Source: Eledone cirrhosa (taxonomy: Eukaryota). From it: a stretch of 64,000 bases of DNA. Of this stretch, positions 63,800 through 64,000 are shown in pieces. Position 1 is the first letter of the stretch. The number at the start of each line of letters is the position of its first letter. The translations under genes were made by a program, and so were the position numbers. The DNA is taken from NCBI GenBank assembly GCA_964016885.1, contig OZ024762.1:15252001-15316000 (forward strand), read 5' to 3'. The notes under the pieces are model-generated. The model had not been told where the DNA came from. It searched no databases and was given only the letters and a program-made list of their open reading frames with translations.

Positions 63800-64000
63800 G
63801 TAAGTTTATTTTCTCTCTCATATTGTCACAGCTACATTTTCTCACGTTTTACTATCGGTCGCAAGCATTGGATAAATGGACTCTAAACAACAGTGACAGC
63901 GATGATGATGATGATTACATCAAATGTATACGTCCATTTTTCCAATATGGCTGGCACGTAATTGTGTAATTTTTGAGGGAGATGTCATTGCTATTTCTGT

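Overview
AT-rich animal genomic DNA, rich in (AT)n/(CA)n/(GA)n microsatellites. The repeat content (RTE LINEs, Nin-domain-type tRNA SINEs, Penelope remnants) suggests a cephalopod, probably an octopus; this is inference. Bases 1-38251 are a head-to-tail array of about 4.45 copies of an ~8.6 kb unit. Each unit is a mosaic of decayed transposon pieces (Helitron RepHel, RTE, CRE-like RLE, Penelope, PHD finger, hAT MITEs, SINEs) whose recognisable coding remnants all lie on the + strand, and each full unit contains a ~1.5 kb fold-back palindrome. Bases 38713-44686 carry six phase-0 internal exons of an RCC1-repeat gene (probably claret/GLO-4-like) on the - strand, with no first or last exon visible. 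At 51.3-51.5 kb, exon 1 of DCXR (-) and exon 1 of PXMP4 (+) lie head to head with 127 bp between the ATGs; PXMP4 exon 2 is at 63737-63799. Introns contain minimal hammerhead ribozyme motifs, duplicated decoy splice acceptors in two different genes, a 1 kb RTE inverted repeat, a 49-bp minisatellite derived from a retroelement tail, and complementary triplet tracts flanking one exon. Most ORFs in the supplied track are microsatellite or antisense artefacts.
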